Origin: Octopus sinensis
Taxonomy: Eukaryota
Length of the DNA stretch: 64,000 bases
Assembly (NCBI RefSeq): GCF_006345805.1
Contig: NW_021836127.1
Location: 124,001-188,000, forward strand
Direction: 5' to 3'
Shown here: piece by piece, positions 1 to 13,022 of the stretch
Position numbering within the stretch: the first letter of the stretch is position 1
Layout: each line of letters opens with the position of its first letter
Position numbers and translations under genes: made by a program
The notes under the pieces: model-generated
What the model was told of the DNA's origin: nothing
The model's input: only the letters and a program-made list of their open reading frames with translations
Databases searched by the model: none

Positions 1-1064
1 CGAGGGTCCACCCTTCGGCAGGCCCTCTCCCACCGCGAACTTTCGAGTTCGCGGATTTCTCTTCGGATCTCCCTCTGAAGCCGGCTAATCCAGCCACGAA
101 ACCAAACACGGTTCTCCTCGTAAACGCATTTGTCCCGTAGTCTGGATAGCCGGCGCTTGAACCTAATTTTATTTAAGATCCGGTGAGGGAGCGTGGAATG
201 TGCCTGACCCTGCACTGAGTTTTGTTTGAAATTATCTCGCATGTAATCAGTCAGGGCAGCATTGATTCCATTATCAAGCGCCTCCAACTCACGTATGTTG
301 GCGCAGGTATTCCCCACCAGAAGTGAGGGCAACCTGCTGGCCATGAAACTCTCCAGGTTAGCCCAGGAACCCACCCGGAGGTCAAAGTATCCTGGGACCC
401 TTTGAGGAACTGGCTCACGGAGTTCGTGCAATAGAGGCAGATGGTCGCTCCCAATATCGGACAATAAAATAGTTTTACTAACCCAATTTAGAAGACCGGG
501 ACTGACCAGAGCAAGCCCTAGCCAGTCACGTCCTCCCCTCGCGTCGACGTGGTTTGGCTCGCTCGAAGTCCGGATTTCCAGCCCGAGGTCTTCAACCAGC
601 GTCTTCAGAGCCAAACCATGCGAGTTGGTTACCCTGAAACCAAGATCTTGATGCTTGGCATTCAGGTCCCCAACAACCATGGCCTTAGGATGCTTTTCAA
701 AGAACTCTCGTACGTGCCAGGAGCACGCCGTAAAGTTCTTCGAGTACATCCCACCTAGGTAAAATGTTAACTCGCCTATGCGAATTCTCACTTGGAGGAA
801 TTCACACAAGCTACATGAACATATACCTGGACTCTGCAAGGCAAGGTAGGGCTTGTAGAAGAGGCTAGTTCCTGTGCCACATATTGACCCCTGTTTCCAG
901 GGTATGTGACGACAGTTGTAGCCATCAACTACGTACGGACCCCCCTTTACCTTCGTTTCGTTGACCACCAGAATGTCCGCACTCGTGGTGGCCAACATCC
1001 TCTGAACGGCGTCCCTTTTTCCTTCCAAGGAACGCGCGTTCACCGATATGATGTTGAGCATCAT
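1..1064 (-). mobile_element. LINE (jockey/I-like) ORF2, APE endonuclease domain, open to the window edge
   Basis: Manual minus-strand translation from ATG at 1064 is stop-free to base 1: MMLNIISVNARSL...DILVVNETK...VVGDLNAKH...SDIGSDHLPL, the canonical APE motifs. It is absent from the ORF track because it runs off the edge. Confidence 0.92.
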
Positions 1065-1391
1065 ATCGGTTTTTCGCCAAGGATCTTCTTGGCCTCGGCA
1101 ACGTTGCAGTGTAGCATTTCCTCTACACTGCAATTCATCTCCCTACAAAATTTTAATAGGGAAACGCATAATTGCACCGCAGGACTAATACTGTCCTGCG
1201 GTACACGCTCGCCAGGGGCTGAGTGCAATGGCATCTCCACGTATGGAGGACGCCTTTTCAGCCCCAGGTTGTGCCGGACGGCGCCGCCGTTAGCCGCCTC
1301 AGAAGGCATTGCCGGCTTAGGCAACCAAGCGGACTCGGAAGCTTTCACCTGCTTTGCCAACTTTGTCGGCGAAGGCTGCACCGACCCACAC
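1061..1391 (-). mobile_element. C-terminal remnant of LINE ORF1
   Basis: Track ORF 1061..1504 stops with a TGA that overlaps the ORF2 ATG (ATGA), a typical ORF1/ORF2 junction. No domain recognised. Confidence 0.55.
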
Positions 1392-1437
1392 GAGGGGTAT
1401 GCATTTGGCCCCTGAGGGGTATGCATTTGGCCCCTGA
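1392..1437 (+). repeat. 22-bp tandem duplication at the LINE inversion junction
   Basis: GAGGGGTATGCATTTGGCCCCT at 1392-1413 and 1414-1435, plus GA. Confidence 0.95.
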
Positions 1438-1871
1438 CACTTTTCTGTTTGTCTTTCGCGCGACGATTCTCCCAAGTCTCTTGTATGGGGTGGAGGCGTG
1501 GCACTATTCAAACCAATTCGAAAAAATTTTAAAAAAGTATGAGAAGATCCGACGCTATGCGTTAAAGCTAGCGTACAGATTGGATCTACGCGCGCCGCTA
1601 CCCAGCTGGGCAGAGGGGAAATTTCCACTAATCAAGAATGTCATCCTCGATTCCATCCGAATCTTTCGTCGGAGGTCTCAGGTGTCCGATCTTTTTGTGG
1701 ATCGTGTCCGAAACTCAATCAGAGAGTGACTCTAATCAAAGGCCGGCTCGTATACTCTCTTAGGACGAATCTCGGTAGAGCTCGACTGTCCTTGCAGTCG
1801 TCTCGTTTAACCTCGTCCAACCTTTTCACTAAGTCTCTGATTTGCTTACAATAAAACTTTCCATTCCATTC
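1438..1871 (+). mobile_element. 3' end of LINE ORF2 (post-RT region) with AATAAA and CATT-type tail
   Basis: FRATILPSLLYGVEAW...RYALKLAYRL is a post-RT motif. After a frameshift, RTNLGRAR...LQ* ends in AATAAA followed by CCATTCCATTC. Homologous to 60227-60399. Confidence 0.8.
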
Positions 1872-2192
1872 TGTATCATGTACCAAAAAAACATTTATAT
1901 AATAAAAAAGTATCATTCCGAAATTTTGTTGAGTAATCCAAAAAATATCATTCCGAAATTTTTGTAGTTGACGGGATGTCCCTTTTCCCATTTGAGAGCG
2001 GCCTGCTGAGATACATTCTCTGCTTCACATCTAACCTCGTGTTCTCTGGAAGCTAAATCAGTTCGACTCCCTCGAGCAACCATCTTGTTGTATAGACGTC
2101 AAAAATATTTCTGTACCAGTCTTTTGTTATTTACAATAAAAAATTCTGTTCTGTTATTTGTCATTTTATAATATTTATGTTGACAAAATAGA

Positions 2193-2570
2193 TTTTGAAA
2201 TAGAATTCAAATATTTATTTTGAATTTTCTTCCAAGTCAGAAAGTATAACCACCTAAGCTCGGTACACCCAAGGCCTGTGACATAATAATTTATAAAAAT
2301 AATATAACAATAATTAAATTCGTGTTCAGTTTAAAAAAAAGTCTAAAAAATATAACAATAATGATTAAAATTTGGTAGAAATTGATCATTTTAGATTTTA
2401 GGGCACTAAAATACAAGATCGCCAATTCCGGGAACAAATAAATAAAAGTTTGCCATAAGAATATAAAGAATAGAACTTTCTATCAAAAAATAAGGTGAAA
2501 TTCAATGAATAAAGATAAATGAGAAGATTTCAAAGAAGCGATATAAACAGATTGAAAGAATAAACTAACA
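2193..2570 (+). repeat. Dispersed repeat, second copy at 59391-59770 (weaker similarity continues to about 2850/59930)
   Basis: Colinear near-identity by eye, e.g. GTATAACCACCTA(A/G)GCTCGGTACACCCAAGGCCTGTGACATAATAATTTATAAAAATAAT in both copies. Confidence 0.9.
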
Positions 2571-2989
2571 AGATTAGAAACTGACAGGATTGAAAGAATA
2601 TATAGAAATTAAGTTAATTCAAAAAATCAATATTAATGAAGATTAATTAATTGATAAAATGAAAAAAATTCGCTTGCAAAATAAACTTTATCCAAGATAT
2701 TTTACCAGTAGTCAATTTAATTAATCTTCACAAAAATAGAAAAGCAAAAATATTATAAAAATAAAACATTGATTTCAATAAATAATCAAATAAGAATTAA
2801 AAACAAAAATGCACAACAAAACAACAGAATATGACGTAAACACGTGAAAAATTTATCGTAATTAATTCAATAAGTTAAAAACATTTAGAAAATAAAATAA
2901 ATAAAATTTAATATCTTCAGTCTGTTTGACATCAGCTTCTGTCATTTTAAAAAAACAAACATAATAACACATAAAGAGAGTTAATACAA

Positions 2990-3690
2990 ATTAGAAAATT
3001 ATGACTTGCCAAAAACAGGCTGCACCGCAGATAACAAACAAATTACTTCACAAGATTGCTATAGATACCCTCTAGTACAGCCACCTGGTTTCCCGGTAAT
3101 CATTGGTCTTCTTTCCGACGAGATTCCCGATGACCGAAAGAATCCTCTTCCCCGCAGTCCAATTCACGCCACTCGTCTCCACAGCAATTAGAACAAAATG
3201 GGATGCGTCAGGAATCGACGCGTACTTCCTCCGCTTGTTTTTTCTTTGGCCCGACAAGACGCGAAGCCAGAGCACGACGCAGACTGAGTAACGGTTCCCT
3301 GAGCAAAGGTGTCAGCACAGGTTACATCCCAAACGAGACACTCCCTTTGCTGTGTAAGAATACCGTCATTCCGTCCGGACGCTTGCCGTCTCCGCGATCA
3401 AGACCAGTGAGCTTCAGAACCGAAGGGAAGGCTGCGACATTAAGTCTTAGTTTGACGACGTTGTTCAAACTGGAGTGTCTCGAGGTACGTCCACCACTTG
3501 ACCGACAAGAAATAGGATGGAGGTTATCCGAGACTATCAACTGCCCACACTTGCATGGGTGGGGCTGGCAAAGAATGATTCCGAGTCATAAACAGGTACC
3601 GAGTCGAACTAACTCATCATCCAAAAGTATCCAGCCGAGGATAGTGGGACGGCATTTAACCAGTTTAACCAGTGTGTTGCAGTGGAGAGA
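2990..3690 (-). mobile_element. CRE-type non-LTR retrotransposon 3' part (zinc finger + restriction-like endonuclease), degenerate
   Basis: WLNAVPLSS, CQPHPCKCG, LDRGDGKRPDGMT, FVLIAVETSG, WLY*RVSIAIL. Confidence 0.85.
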
Positions 3691-3789
3691 AATCGAGAGT
3701 GAAAGAAAATTCAGTCAGTTCGAAATGTTAAGAAAAGGGAAAAAGAACAGAATTCACAAAATTTCTCGATTCCGAGAGGAAAGCAAAAA

Positions 3790-4560
3790 TTATTTTAGCA
3801 ACGTTCTCCCTGATCTGATTTCCACGTCAGTTCGGCGTTGGTGTCAGAAATGCCTGTGAAGCATCTGCCTACGGACTGAGGGAACTGGCCAAAAGCCAAC
3901 TCCCAAATCTCGTTTCTCGTTAAGCTTGATGTGTGCAACGCCGTCAACAGTGTTTGCAGGGATCACATCCTGGAAGTCATTTACGCCCGTTGATCGACCG
4001 ATTGTTTACCTATCTTACGCGTGTCCCTCAAATCTTATTTGGGAAAAATTTGCTAATCTCAGTGTCTAGTCTAGTGTTTAGCAGAGGGATCCATTAAGCT
4101 CTTTCCTATTTGCCCTCGCAGTGAACCATATTGCCCAAAAACTGTCAAGCCCGCTCAATTTCTGGTATCTTGACAATATTACCTTGGGTGGTTTGCTTGA
4201 ATCCATACGCAACGATGTTGATGATATTATTTAGGGTTTTTGCCGAATCAGGCTATTCCTTAATCGGAATTCATTTGGGGGTTCTCCCGACTACTCTCTA
4301 TTTGATTAGGCCTTCGCATCCCTTTCTGAAAAGGTTGTCGGTCTCAGATCGACAGATCTGACAAATCTGGTTCTCCTTGGTTCGACAATCTCTAATGGAA
4401 GAATGTCCAGTGCTATCCTAGATATTAAACGTGAGTTAATTCTGACTCTAGAACAAATCTCAGACGTTGAAGTACATGTCCGAATAGTGTAACAAAGGGT
4501 GAACGCTACGTGACGGAGTTTAAAAAAGAATGTTGTATACGCCCAATAATGAACATTTGG
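3790..4560 (+). mobile_element. CRE-type reverse transcriptase fragment, opposite strand to the adjacent RLE part
   Basis: Frameshifted KLDVCNAVNSV, QRDPLSSFLFALAV and LNFWYLDNITLGG (CRE-type YLDD region). Confidence 0.8.
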
Positions 4561-5619
4561 GTTAATTACTAAAAAGATCAAAATAGTATGTAGATAGAAA
4601 TAATTTTAATTCAAAAACCCATAAAAATTTCAAAATAATAAAAAAATCAAAATAATCAAAATAATTAATTTAAAAGAATCAAAATTGACTTGTATCAGGA
4701 TTTCTTTTATGGTAATTCAATTATTTTTGTATTCAATTCAATTATTTTTGTATTCAAAAATGGGAGATTTCTTTTATATCGGACAACCCCTGAGGGTCGC
4801 TTACTCTGCCTTTAGAGCCCAATTTCTTTCAGAACCATGTAGCTTTATACTGTGGCCTAAAAGCCAATGATTATCCATTTGCCTTAATTTGGATGCTAGA
4901 TATGTGTATTTTTTTACGTTTCAAATAACAAACAATAATAGTTGAATAACTTGAAGCACTTATAGTTTTGAAAGTGGTTTGTTAGATTGTGCTACATCTA
5001 AATACGACTATATTCAGAAAGATCAATTCAAAACTAGCATGTATTGAGGCCATCAATTCTAAATTTATGGAGTCTATTTTGGATAATATTGAAAGAAGCT
5101 TCAAAAGAAGCGAGTTTATACTACTCGCAAAAATTTAAGTCACTTTTTAGTAACTGATTACAAGAAAACACTAATTATAATAATTAGAAGTAAAAATTAG
5201 TATCCCGACTCTAATAAGTCCACATAATTTAACTTTTTATTTCACCTGCTTCAATGTGGATAGCCTATATCAGTAATTTTTTAACGTAGGCGATATCGCT
5301 GAAATGGGGCAATGAATTTTATGAGACAGTGCGGTGGATTTTTAATTTAAAGCGTATGATTGGTAATAAAAATTTTAAATATATTCTATTAAATTTTTAC
5401 TAATTCTTAGATATTTTTAACATTATTTTCGAATGTAAACTTATTCGCAAACTTTTTAAAAGTAAGAAGAAAGTGACTGTTTTATTATGTTGCAAGTGGG
5501 TAAAAAATTCTTTCTTTTATTAATTGGGAAATCTAAATCTCCGAGGTGTCTGAAAAATTTCAATCTAGGAGATAATGAAGTTATTTATGCATCTTAAAAA
5601 ATTTATGGATGACAAAGAA

Positions 5620-6060
5620 TTTTCGTCGTAGCGCTGACCGTTTCCCTTTAGGCTTAATGATGTGGTGAGCCGCGCCCTGCATCTGCAGGATTCTCTAATG
5701 TGTTGGAACCATTTGGGTGAATCGAAAGCGCCCAGATGGCACTAAAATATTTCCCTTCGATTACGGGAAATGCCTTTCTAAGACGCGACATGTTCAGAAA
5801 CTTTCTCTTCCGATAATCTGATCTCGCAGTTGCCAAGCTTGGCTTGGCGGCAAGACACATGAGCTCGCAAAATTAAAAAATACTCATCCCCGGCTAGAAA
5901 TCACATTCTTGCGCCAATAGCTGTGAAGACATCCGGGGTCATCAATCCGAAATCGCTTTCTTTTGTCGGCTGGGGACGAAAACCGCTGAGAAAAGAAAAA
6001 ATCCCAACGAGACTCGTGATTTTCTCCAAACTGCCAGGTCGTCTTATGCGCCGGAAGTTC
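5620..6060 (+). mobile_element. CRE-type RLE fragment, degenerate
   Basis: LNDVVSRAL...AGFSNVLEP and PIAVKTSGV recognised across frameshifts. Confidence 0.7.
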
Positions 6061-6167
6061 AATATTCGTTTAGTTGTGATTTTTTTGTTTATATAATCAC
6101 ATTTTCTTTCAAAAGAATTTTCATATAATTTTATAGTTGTAATTTGAAAAATTAACTATTACTACAC

Positions 6168-6400
6168 ATGTCATCTTCGTTACGTCGTGATCTTAAACTT
6201 TCTCAAAAATTTGACATAATCAATTTGATTATCCAAGGAGGTCAAACTCGTGCAGTTCTATCTGCAAGATTAAAGTTTTCTCGGTCTCAAGTTTCACGGA
6301 TTTTGAAAATTAGAGTAGAAATTGAGGACGATGAAAATGCCATGCCCGTGAAAAACGCCAGTTCAGAAGCTATGGGTTCATGGAGATTCACACGCAGTTT
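6168..6400 (+). mobile_element. Tigger/pogo transposase N-terminal HTH fragment
   Basis: RRDLKLSQKFDII...LKFSRSQVSRILK resembles a psq/CENP-B N-terminal HTH. Confidence 0.6.
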
Positions 6401-6658
6401 CTTACTAATAGCTATTTAAAAAGTAAAATGGATATGGACAACTTTATGAAGTAGAAAAAGCTTCCTAAGCCTCTTCATAAGGCTTTCCAGTATAAATGTT
6501 AAGAAATTAATCGATGTTTACTGTAAAGCGATAATCATCTCAACTGTAGTTTTTAGTTCTTAATTAAATACGGTGTTAAACATCTGTAGTGTATTATTTT
6601 CACAAGATTATTTCCCCTCAATCCTGAAACATTCATTATTTTCTCAGCAACAAGTTTT

Positions 6659-7300
6659 TAATCATCCCAAAAATATAGAAAAACCAAATGATTTTTTTAG
6701 AACTAAAAAGGTAATATTCAGGACAGATGATATTCAATCAATTCTGACATTAATTTTCACTTTGCAGAAGATGGTACGAGCCCATAAAAATTAAGAAGAA
6801 ATTTTGAAACGATACATTCTAAATATGTCCATCGTTTCTTGTCATTAACGTTGATTTGCCTGTTAATTTTACAGTTGAGATAGAAAAATGTCGAAACGAT
6901 CATAGTTTTTCCATCCCATTAAAAACAAAACTCAATGATAACAAAGAAAATAAGTTTCAAAGTAAATTTTTGAAAAGAAATTTTAATGTTTTTTATTTGC
7001 TCCTGTGTTTGATATTTGGAATTGTGGAGAAAAAATTATAGCGGAAGGGAATAATACAAAAAATAATACTGAATGGGTTGATGTAAAAGCATCGACAGAA
7101 AAAATTAATAAAGCAATTGGATTCAACGATATAAATGTCAGCGATTTATTTGTTAAATTCCAAATTTTATTAAAATTATCGAATAGTTTTTGCCTACCTG
7201 TCACTATTGCTCCTGTAGAAAGATCGTTTTCCATCAAGAATTCCACTTGGTCAAAAGAAAAAGATCGAATGAAAAAAGAAACCTTCAAATCATTTTAGAA
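6659..7300 (+). mobile_element. hAT transposase C-terminal remnant; 6659-6885 is repeated at 28487-28708
   Basis: LPVTIAPVERSFS..KNSTWSKEKDRMKKE is the hAT dimerisation motif. About 220 bp are shared with 28487-28708. Confidence 0.7.
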
Positions 7301-7899
7301 TTGTAAATTGAACATTCGGATGCCGTGGATTGATTTTTTGAAATAATCAAAAATTTCTAGATAAGTTCATTTAGTTCAAAAATATACTCGAATTTCTTAG
7401 TTAATTTTAATTAAAGATATTTTCATGTTTCTCTGTGAAATTTTTTTGGCAAGCCTCAGTACTGCGATATTACTGACGATATCGTAAAGAACGGACAACT
7501 TTCCTGCCAATAAATCGTATTTATGACATTTCTCGACATCGACCTGCTTAAGGCGGTTTTGGAAAGTGATTCTCACTTTAATGAGAGAAATTTTGTTTTT
7601 AATTTTGTCGTACATAAATATGTCAGGCTTGTTGCACTTAATATTCGTGTCTGTAAGTATTTAAGAATCGATTCGTATTTCGACATTTTTTGATTGATTG
7701 GACAGAATAACTCTTCAATTTTTTAACTTTGCGGATTGCGAACTTCCTACATAGATGCAGGTGAATACATCTCACGACTTTGCTATGTCATAACATAATC
7801 AGTAATAATATTTTAGTCCTGATATAAGGTGCAAGTAAAATTCAGAATCATTACCTAATTTAAATAAATAAAATACATTCAGGTAAGTATTTCGGTTTT

Positions 7900-8550
7900 A
7901 AAACATTTACAGTCAGATCGAGGCTATACAGCGCAGGGATAGACAATAAAAGTCCCGGATGACCGAGTCAAGTAGTCAAGTATGAATCTTAGGGGATATC
8001 CTTTTTGGGCACCACGATATAAAAGAACGATTTTATTTTCAAAAACAAGCGAGGTTGTTAGTCATAAAGAGATCTACTATCTCAGGGGTAATTGCGATGC
8101 AGGTCTGAATAATTCGATTTTTTTGACGCTGTTAAAAGCGTTTTTGAAATCAAGTTTAATAGCGACCAGGGGAAAAACATGAGTTGATTTGAAAAATTTA
8201 CCAGCTACGTGTATTGGGTTTAGCATTTTTGGAATTTCCATGTTCGCTGCAGATTCATCACGTGCTTTGAGGAAGCTTTGGCTGCATTTTTGTCGAAATA
8301 GTTTCCAACAGAAAAAAAATAATATCACTAGCCTTTTTTATCAATAAAAAAAGTTTGCAGAGAAAAAAAGATCACTGGCTAAAGGAGGAATGTCTCCAAT
8401 TCAAATTCGGTTGACCAGACTGGTGATGACCGAAAAAGCGAGAAAATGTAAGGTCCTTGATGTGTTTAAGTCGTAAGGCCCTGAAGTAGTATGTAATTAC
8501 GCCGGGCATTCTCAAAGGGTAGGAAACGGTGGGTGGTCTGGGACAGGTTA
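7900..8550 (-). mobile_element. CRE-type pre-RT/RT fragment
   Basis: SGP..L.HIKDLT, IHVAGKF, IKLDFKNAFNSV and GAQKGYPL. Confidence 0.75.
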
Positions 8551-8693
8551 AAAAGTGTAAAGAAAGTTGTGATATGGTTAGATAAATGAGAAATTTGAAT
8601 TAAAAAGTAAAAAAAAATAGTTACTTAAAAATATTTTTTCCAATTATTTATATACAAATATATTTTAAATTCAGAATTTAAATTTTTAGAAAA

Positions 8694-10386
8694 ATGATAA
8701 TAAATTTTAATAACAAAATTATTCAAATGCATTACGAATTTTGTTCTAATACTGTTAACATAGAAAAGCTAATAACTCATGAAAAAAAAGTTTGGGGAGA
8801 TAAAGTATATTGTCTATTTTCAAATTTTTATAGAATATTATAACCTTTTGTTTATCATTCAAGAATATTTCAGAAAGATTTGAGCCATTATGCCACAAAT
8901 TTCGAATTAAGAATTGGTGCGAAATTTTTAAGATTAAAAAAACAAAAATTAAACCTCATAATGAACTAAATAAATTCAAGATTAATAATAATACAAGTAT
9001 TTTTACATATACTTAATTTTAGAGATAATTCCTCCCTATTTTTGTATCTATGAAGACAGACATGACTTAGTAAACTTTGTTCTCAGTGAATTTTCAGCAC
9101 ACAGCCCAATTCAACTCAATTCAAACATTCCATTTTTGTTTGTTTTTTATATTTATTTAGAAAAAATATTGTTTCGATATTATTACATTATTTTACTATT
9201 GATACATCCATATTTGTTTTAAAGAAACTAATATCAAATCCAAAGTATATGTTTCCTTTATGTTATTATGACTGCGAACTTCTAAACAAAGCCTTTCATA
9301 ATCTTTTTTACCGGAAATCAGTAATAATTACAGTTCAAAAAATAGAACAAATATTTGCATATATTCAAAGAATTTAATGAGTTGAATTCTAGTTATACTG
9401 ATTGGACAATTTTCATATTTAATCTGATTCCTTTTTCTTATTTGGTTTAATAAATAATTAATTTTTTAGTTAAGAGTAATTGATGCTTATTTTATATATG
9501 GAGTAAAAATAATCTTCAAGTTTGGAATTGCACTTTTTTTGATTTTTATTGATTCTGAAAGTAAAATATAAATTTATTAAAATCCAGAAAATGACTTTAA
9601 GATTGAACAAATGGAAATATTTTATAGTTCTTTTAAATTTCATGATCTATTTAAGGTTATTTCAACATATTTCTTACATTAAATTAGATTGCATATTCCT
9701 TGAAATTCACAGATGAAGACATTGAAAACGCATTTGTTCAAGATAATACTATTTTGTTGAAATCAACTAAAATTGATTATATTGAAGAAAATATACAAAA
9801 TCTAAATTCCAAAATTATAAATGTCAATCAAGTGAATATTTTATATTTATACTGCTTAGCTTAAAAAACTATATTCACATATGCCATTTAGAATTGGCTG
9901 TAAATCTCCCCAGTTAAACTTCTGCACTGATGACGATGGATGGAGTTTTCAAACTTTTTATAAAAAATTAAAAATACATCAAGAGTCTATAATTTTATTC
10001 AAAACTAATAAAAACGAGGTAGTTTGTCGAAAAATAATGATTAAGAGCTTTGGGGTTTTCAGTGGATGTAAATTAGATGTTCTAATGACTGAAAAGTGTT
10101 ATCAGGGAAATGGCGAAACTTTCGTGTTTAGACTAAATCCAAATTTTTCTGTACATCACTGGTCAGAAATAGAGAGTAATCAAATGTTTTTTGTCTTGAA
10201 TTCGGAATATTTTTCTGTAGGCGATGGGTTTGAATATTAGTTTTTACAATTAGTTCTATTGAAGCTATTTTTATTTTTAATGATCTACTTTCGGGAACTA
10301 CTCATAGTTGCCTTACGTTCAATAATCCTCCATTGGCTTCAAATGAATTTTCATGTATTAAAATCGAAATTATTGGATTTAGTTAA
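8694..10386 (+). CDS. TBC1D24: TBC domain + TLDc domain protein (TBC1D24/Skywalker-like), multi-exon; start codon uncertain
   Basis: Spliced translation gives NIVSILLHYF, YTDWTIFIFNLIPFSYL|LRVIDAYFIYGVKIIFKFGIAL and TLDc motifs DGWSFQTFY, GNGETFVF and SGTTHSCLTFNNPPL...EIIGFS* (TAA 10384-10386), matching the TBC1D24 architecture from memory. Confidence 0.8.
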
Positions 10387-10799
10387 AAAACAATTTTTTG
10401 TTTTATTATATATATTTTGACTAAAATAATAAGCATATTTCCATCACATATAAAATGACGTTTCAAAAGTTCATCTTAAATACTGAAAAAAGAGAAAAAT
10501 GCAATTTAGAAACATTTTATATAAGGAAAAGACTAGGACTGTGTGGAAAATAAGGAATTTGTTCATCTTTTAAGTTTATTCAACGTGAAGAAGAACATCT
10601 CAATCGGAACTATTTTTATCGGTTCCTGGACGTTGTGTTGCGTTTTTTAAAAAGTCTCCTCCTTGATTTCCAATCTGAATTTAATTTCCATCATCTAATT
10701 TTTGATATTTAGATCCCGTCGTTAAAGAATTCTGGTACTCTTCAGAGTTTTTCTATTTTAATACAAAAGTTGACTAATAAATAAAACAATAAACTAATT

Positions 10800-10960
10800 A
10801 AAGACTTCACGAGACGCTCTACCAGCCTCGCGAATAGCAAAGCCATTCCCTTGGATGATTGACTTTCCAAGAGCCAAGATGACTCTCTTTAGTTGTGTCG
10901 TATCCTGCCTCTCGATCCGCAGTGCGTCTTCGTCGGACTGACCCCTTGGTCCGATATAGC
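10800..10960 (-). mobile_element. CRE-type 3' terminal fragment
   Basis: ...IIQGNGFAIREAGRASRE; related to 44210-44362. Confidence 0.6.
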
Positions 10961-11516
10961 TTTACTAGTTTCTGATTTCATTTCATTAAAAAATAAATAT
11001 TGACCTTAAAAAAATTAAATACTATTTAATTTTGATTTATCATTGCGGTCAATATATTAAGTCTATTAAAATGATAGACTTGTATGTTATCGCTAGTTTC
11101 AGTTTAAAATTATATTTGGTCGAAACTCCGAATTTATTTATAAAATAAGCATTAATTCAAAATAAGCATGTAATCAAATATAGTTTCTAGTCAAAATTAA
11201 AATGACCTCAATTATCCAATAAGGAATCACGATCCGTTTGTCGTCAATATATTACTAGATAAATAAAAATATACAAAGAGTGTAAGAATGAATTTGTATT
11301 TGAACATTATTTTTGATTTTTTATTTGATTAAATATGATTAGTTATTTCCTAAACTTAGTCCAAAGAATATTGACTCTATTAAAAATGTAATAATTTATA
11401 TCAGAAGTTTTCACAAAGAAATTTCTCTCGGCTCAAATATTATAAAAAAATCTCGAGTCGCATAATCAAAAATCTAAATATATTTATAAAATTCCAAACT
11501 TATTATTTTTACATAA

Positions 11517-12060
11517 TTATTCTATGTCTGGCTGAATATTTGACAAGGTAAGTTGAATTTCTAAATCTAAATCCAGTAGATTTTCCCGCTTATTGGTTTT
11601 AATGTTTTGTAACGCGGAAAACCCCTTCTCACAGAAATAAGTTGTTGGAAATTTTAGAATGATTCTCGTTGTTTTAGAATGATCAAAAATATGCCTGTTA
11701 AATATGCAAGTTTTAATTTCCAAATCGAATTGGTGATCAATTCATGAAATTGATAGCATTGTTCTCTCGCGAAAAACTCAACAATCATATCTTTTTATCA
11801 TAGACTCAGGTTAATGCCCTTCCTCAGGATAACCATCCTATTCGATATGTAGGAATAAATTCTTATAACTTGCTTCCATTTCATCACATAAAGAATTAAG
11901 AAGTCTAGAATTTTTAGATTGAGTTTTATATAATTGATCATTTGTATCAAATCATCCAAAACTGATTTCAAAGCAAGCGGACGAGTTTTCAAAACCAATA
12001 CATCACGATGTAAAAAACAATATGTAGAAGGTATTTGATCATTTTGTGCTTTTAGTAAGA
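11517..12060 (-). mobile_element. Buster/ZBED5-like hAT transposase remnant
   Basis: LKSVLDDLIQMINYIK and FPTTYFCEKGFSAL..IKT.KR...LSNIQPDIE. Confidence 0.8.
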
Positions 12061-12388
12061 AACCTGAATTTAGTTATATAAAACACAATATACAAGTTCA
12101 TTAAGTCTTCCAAACATATACTTATTAACACGCACTACACATTATTTTTGCTTAATTCTTTAAATTAATCAATTGAATAATCTTTATATTCCAATGGGTA
12201 GATTCATTTGAAAACATATCCATTCAAATAAGACACTGTGATGAACTATTTCCAGTGCCACAACATTCAAAACCCATAGATAAAAAAGATGATTTGTAAT
12301 AGAACAAACGACGTTTGAGAGACATAATAAATAACAACGTGATTATAATTTATTATAATTTTTTTATAATAAATAATTTTTAAAATAA

Positions 12389-12913
12389 CAACGCGTCTGC
12401 TCGAGGCAACCGGCATCCCGTGCCAGCTGGAGCCCTCTGGCCTTAACAGGGGCGATGGCAAGAGGCCGGACGGCGTCTCGCTCTTCCCGTTCAAGTGCGG
12501 CAAAGCGATCGTCTGGGACGCGACATGCTCTGACACTTTTGCGTCAACATGCCTTCTCGCGTCCGCGATCGAAGCTGGCACAGCGGCGAGGAGGGCAGAG
12601 ACCCGGAAGAAAGACAAGTACGCCTCGCTCGCCGACAGATTCCTCTTTGTGCCTGTTTCAGTCGAAACATCAGGCACATTCGGCCCAGCCACGCTACGTT
12701 TTCTCACCGAGAGAGGCCGTCACCTCGGGAGGATTAGAAACGACCCCCGCGAGGTCAATCGGCTTTTTGAGCGCGTCTCAATAGCCGTACTCAGGGGGAA
12801 CAGTTTCTCTATTCTCTCTGCGGCCAGCAGCTGACTTCCTGTTCCATTTTCTTTTCTTTAGATTAATTTGATTATATTATTTTTTATTATTCAAAAATAA
12901 TTTTTTCAATCCA
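12389..12913 (+). mobile_element. 5'-truncated CRE-type element (RLE domain and 3' UTR)
   Basis: GIPCQLEPSGLNRGDGKRPDG, VWDATCSDTF, FVPVSVETSG and FERVSIAVLRGNSFSIL. Possible AT-rich TSD TTTTTAAAATAA at 12377-12388 and 12914-12925. Confidence 0.88.
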
Positions 12914-13022
12914 TTTTTAAAATAAAAATTTAAAAAATAAGTAAATATAAATCTTCACGCTGTGCAATGTTTGAAAACATCTGATTTATATAAGCGTAAT
13001 ATCTCAATCCAATTGATATTCC

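Noticed and set aside
251-1415. Track ORFs 251..454, 549..758 and 906..1415 as separate genes, and apparent splice signals near 480 and 760
   Set aside because: They are shadow frames of the uninterrupted minus-strand LINE endonuclease ORF.
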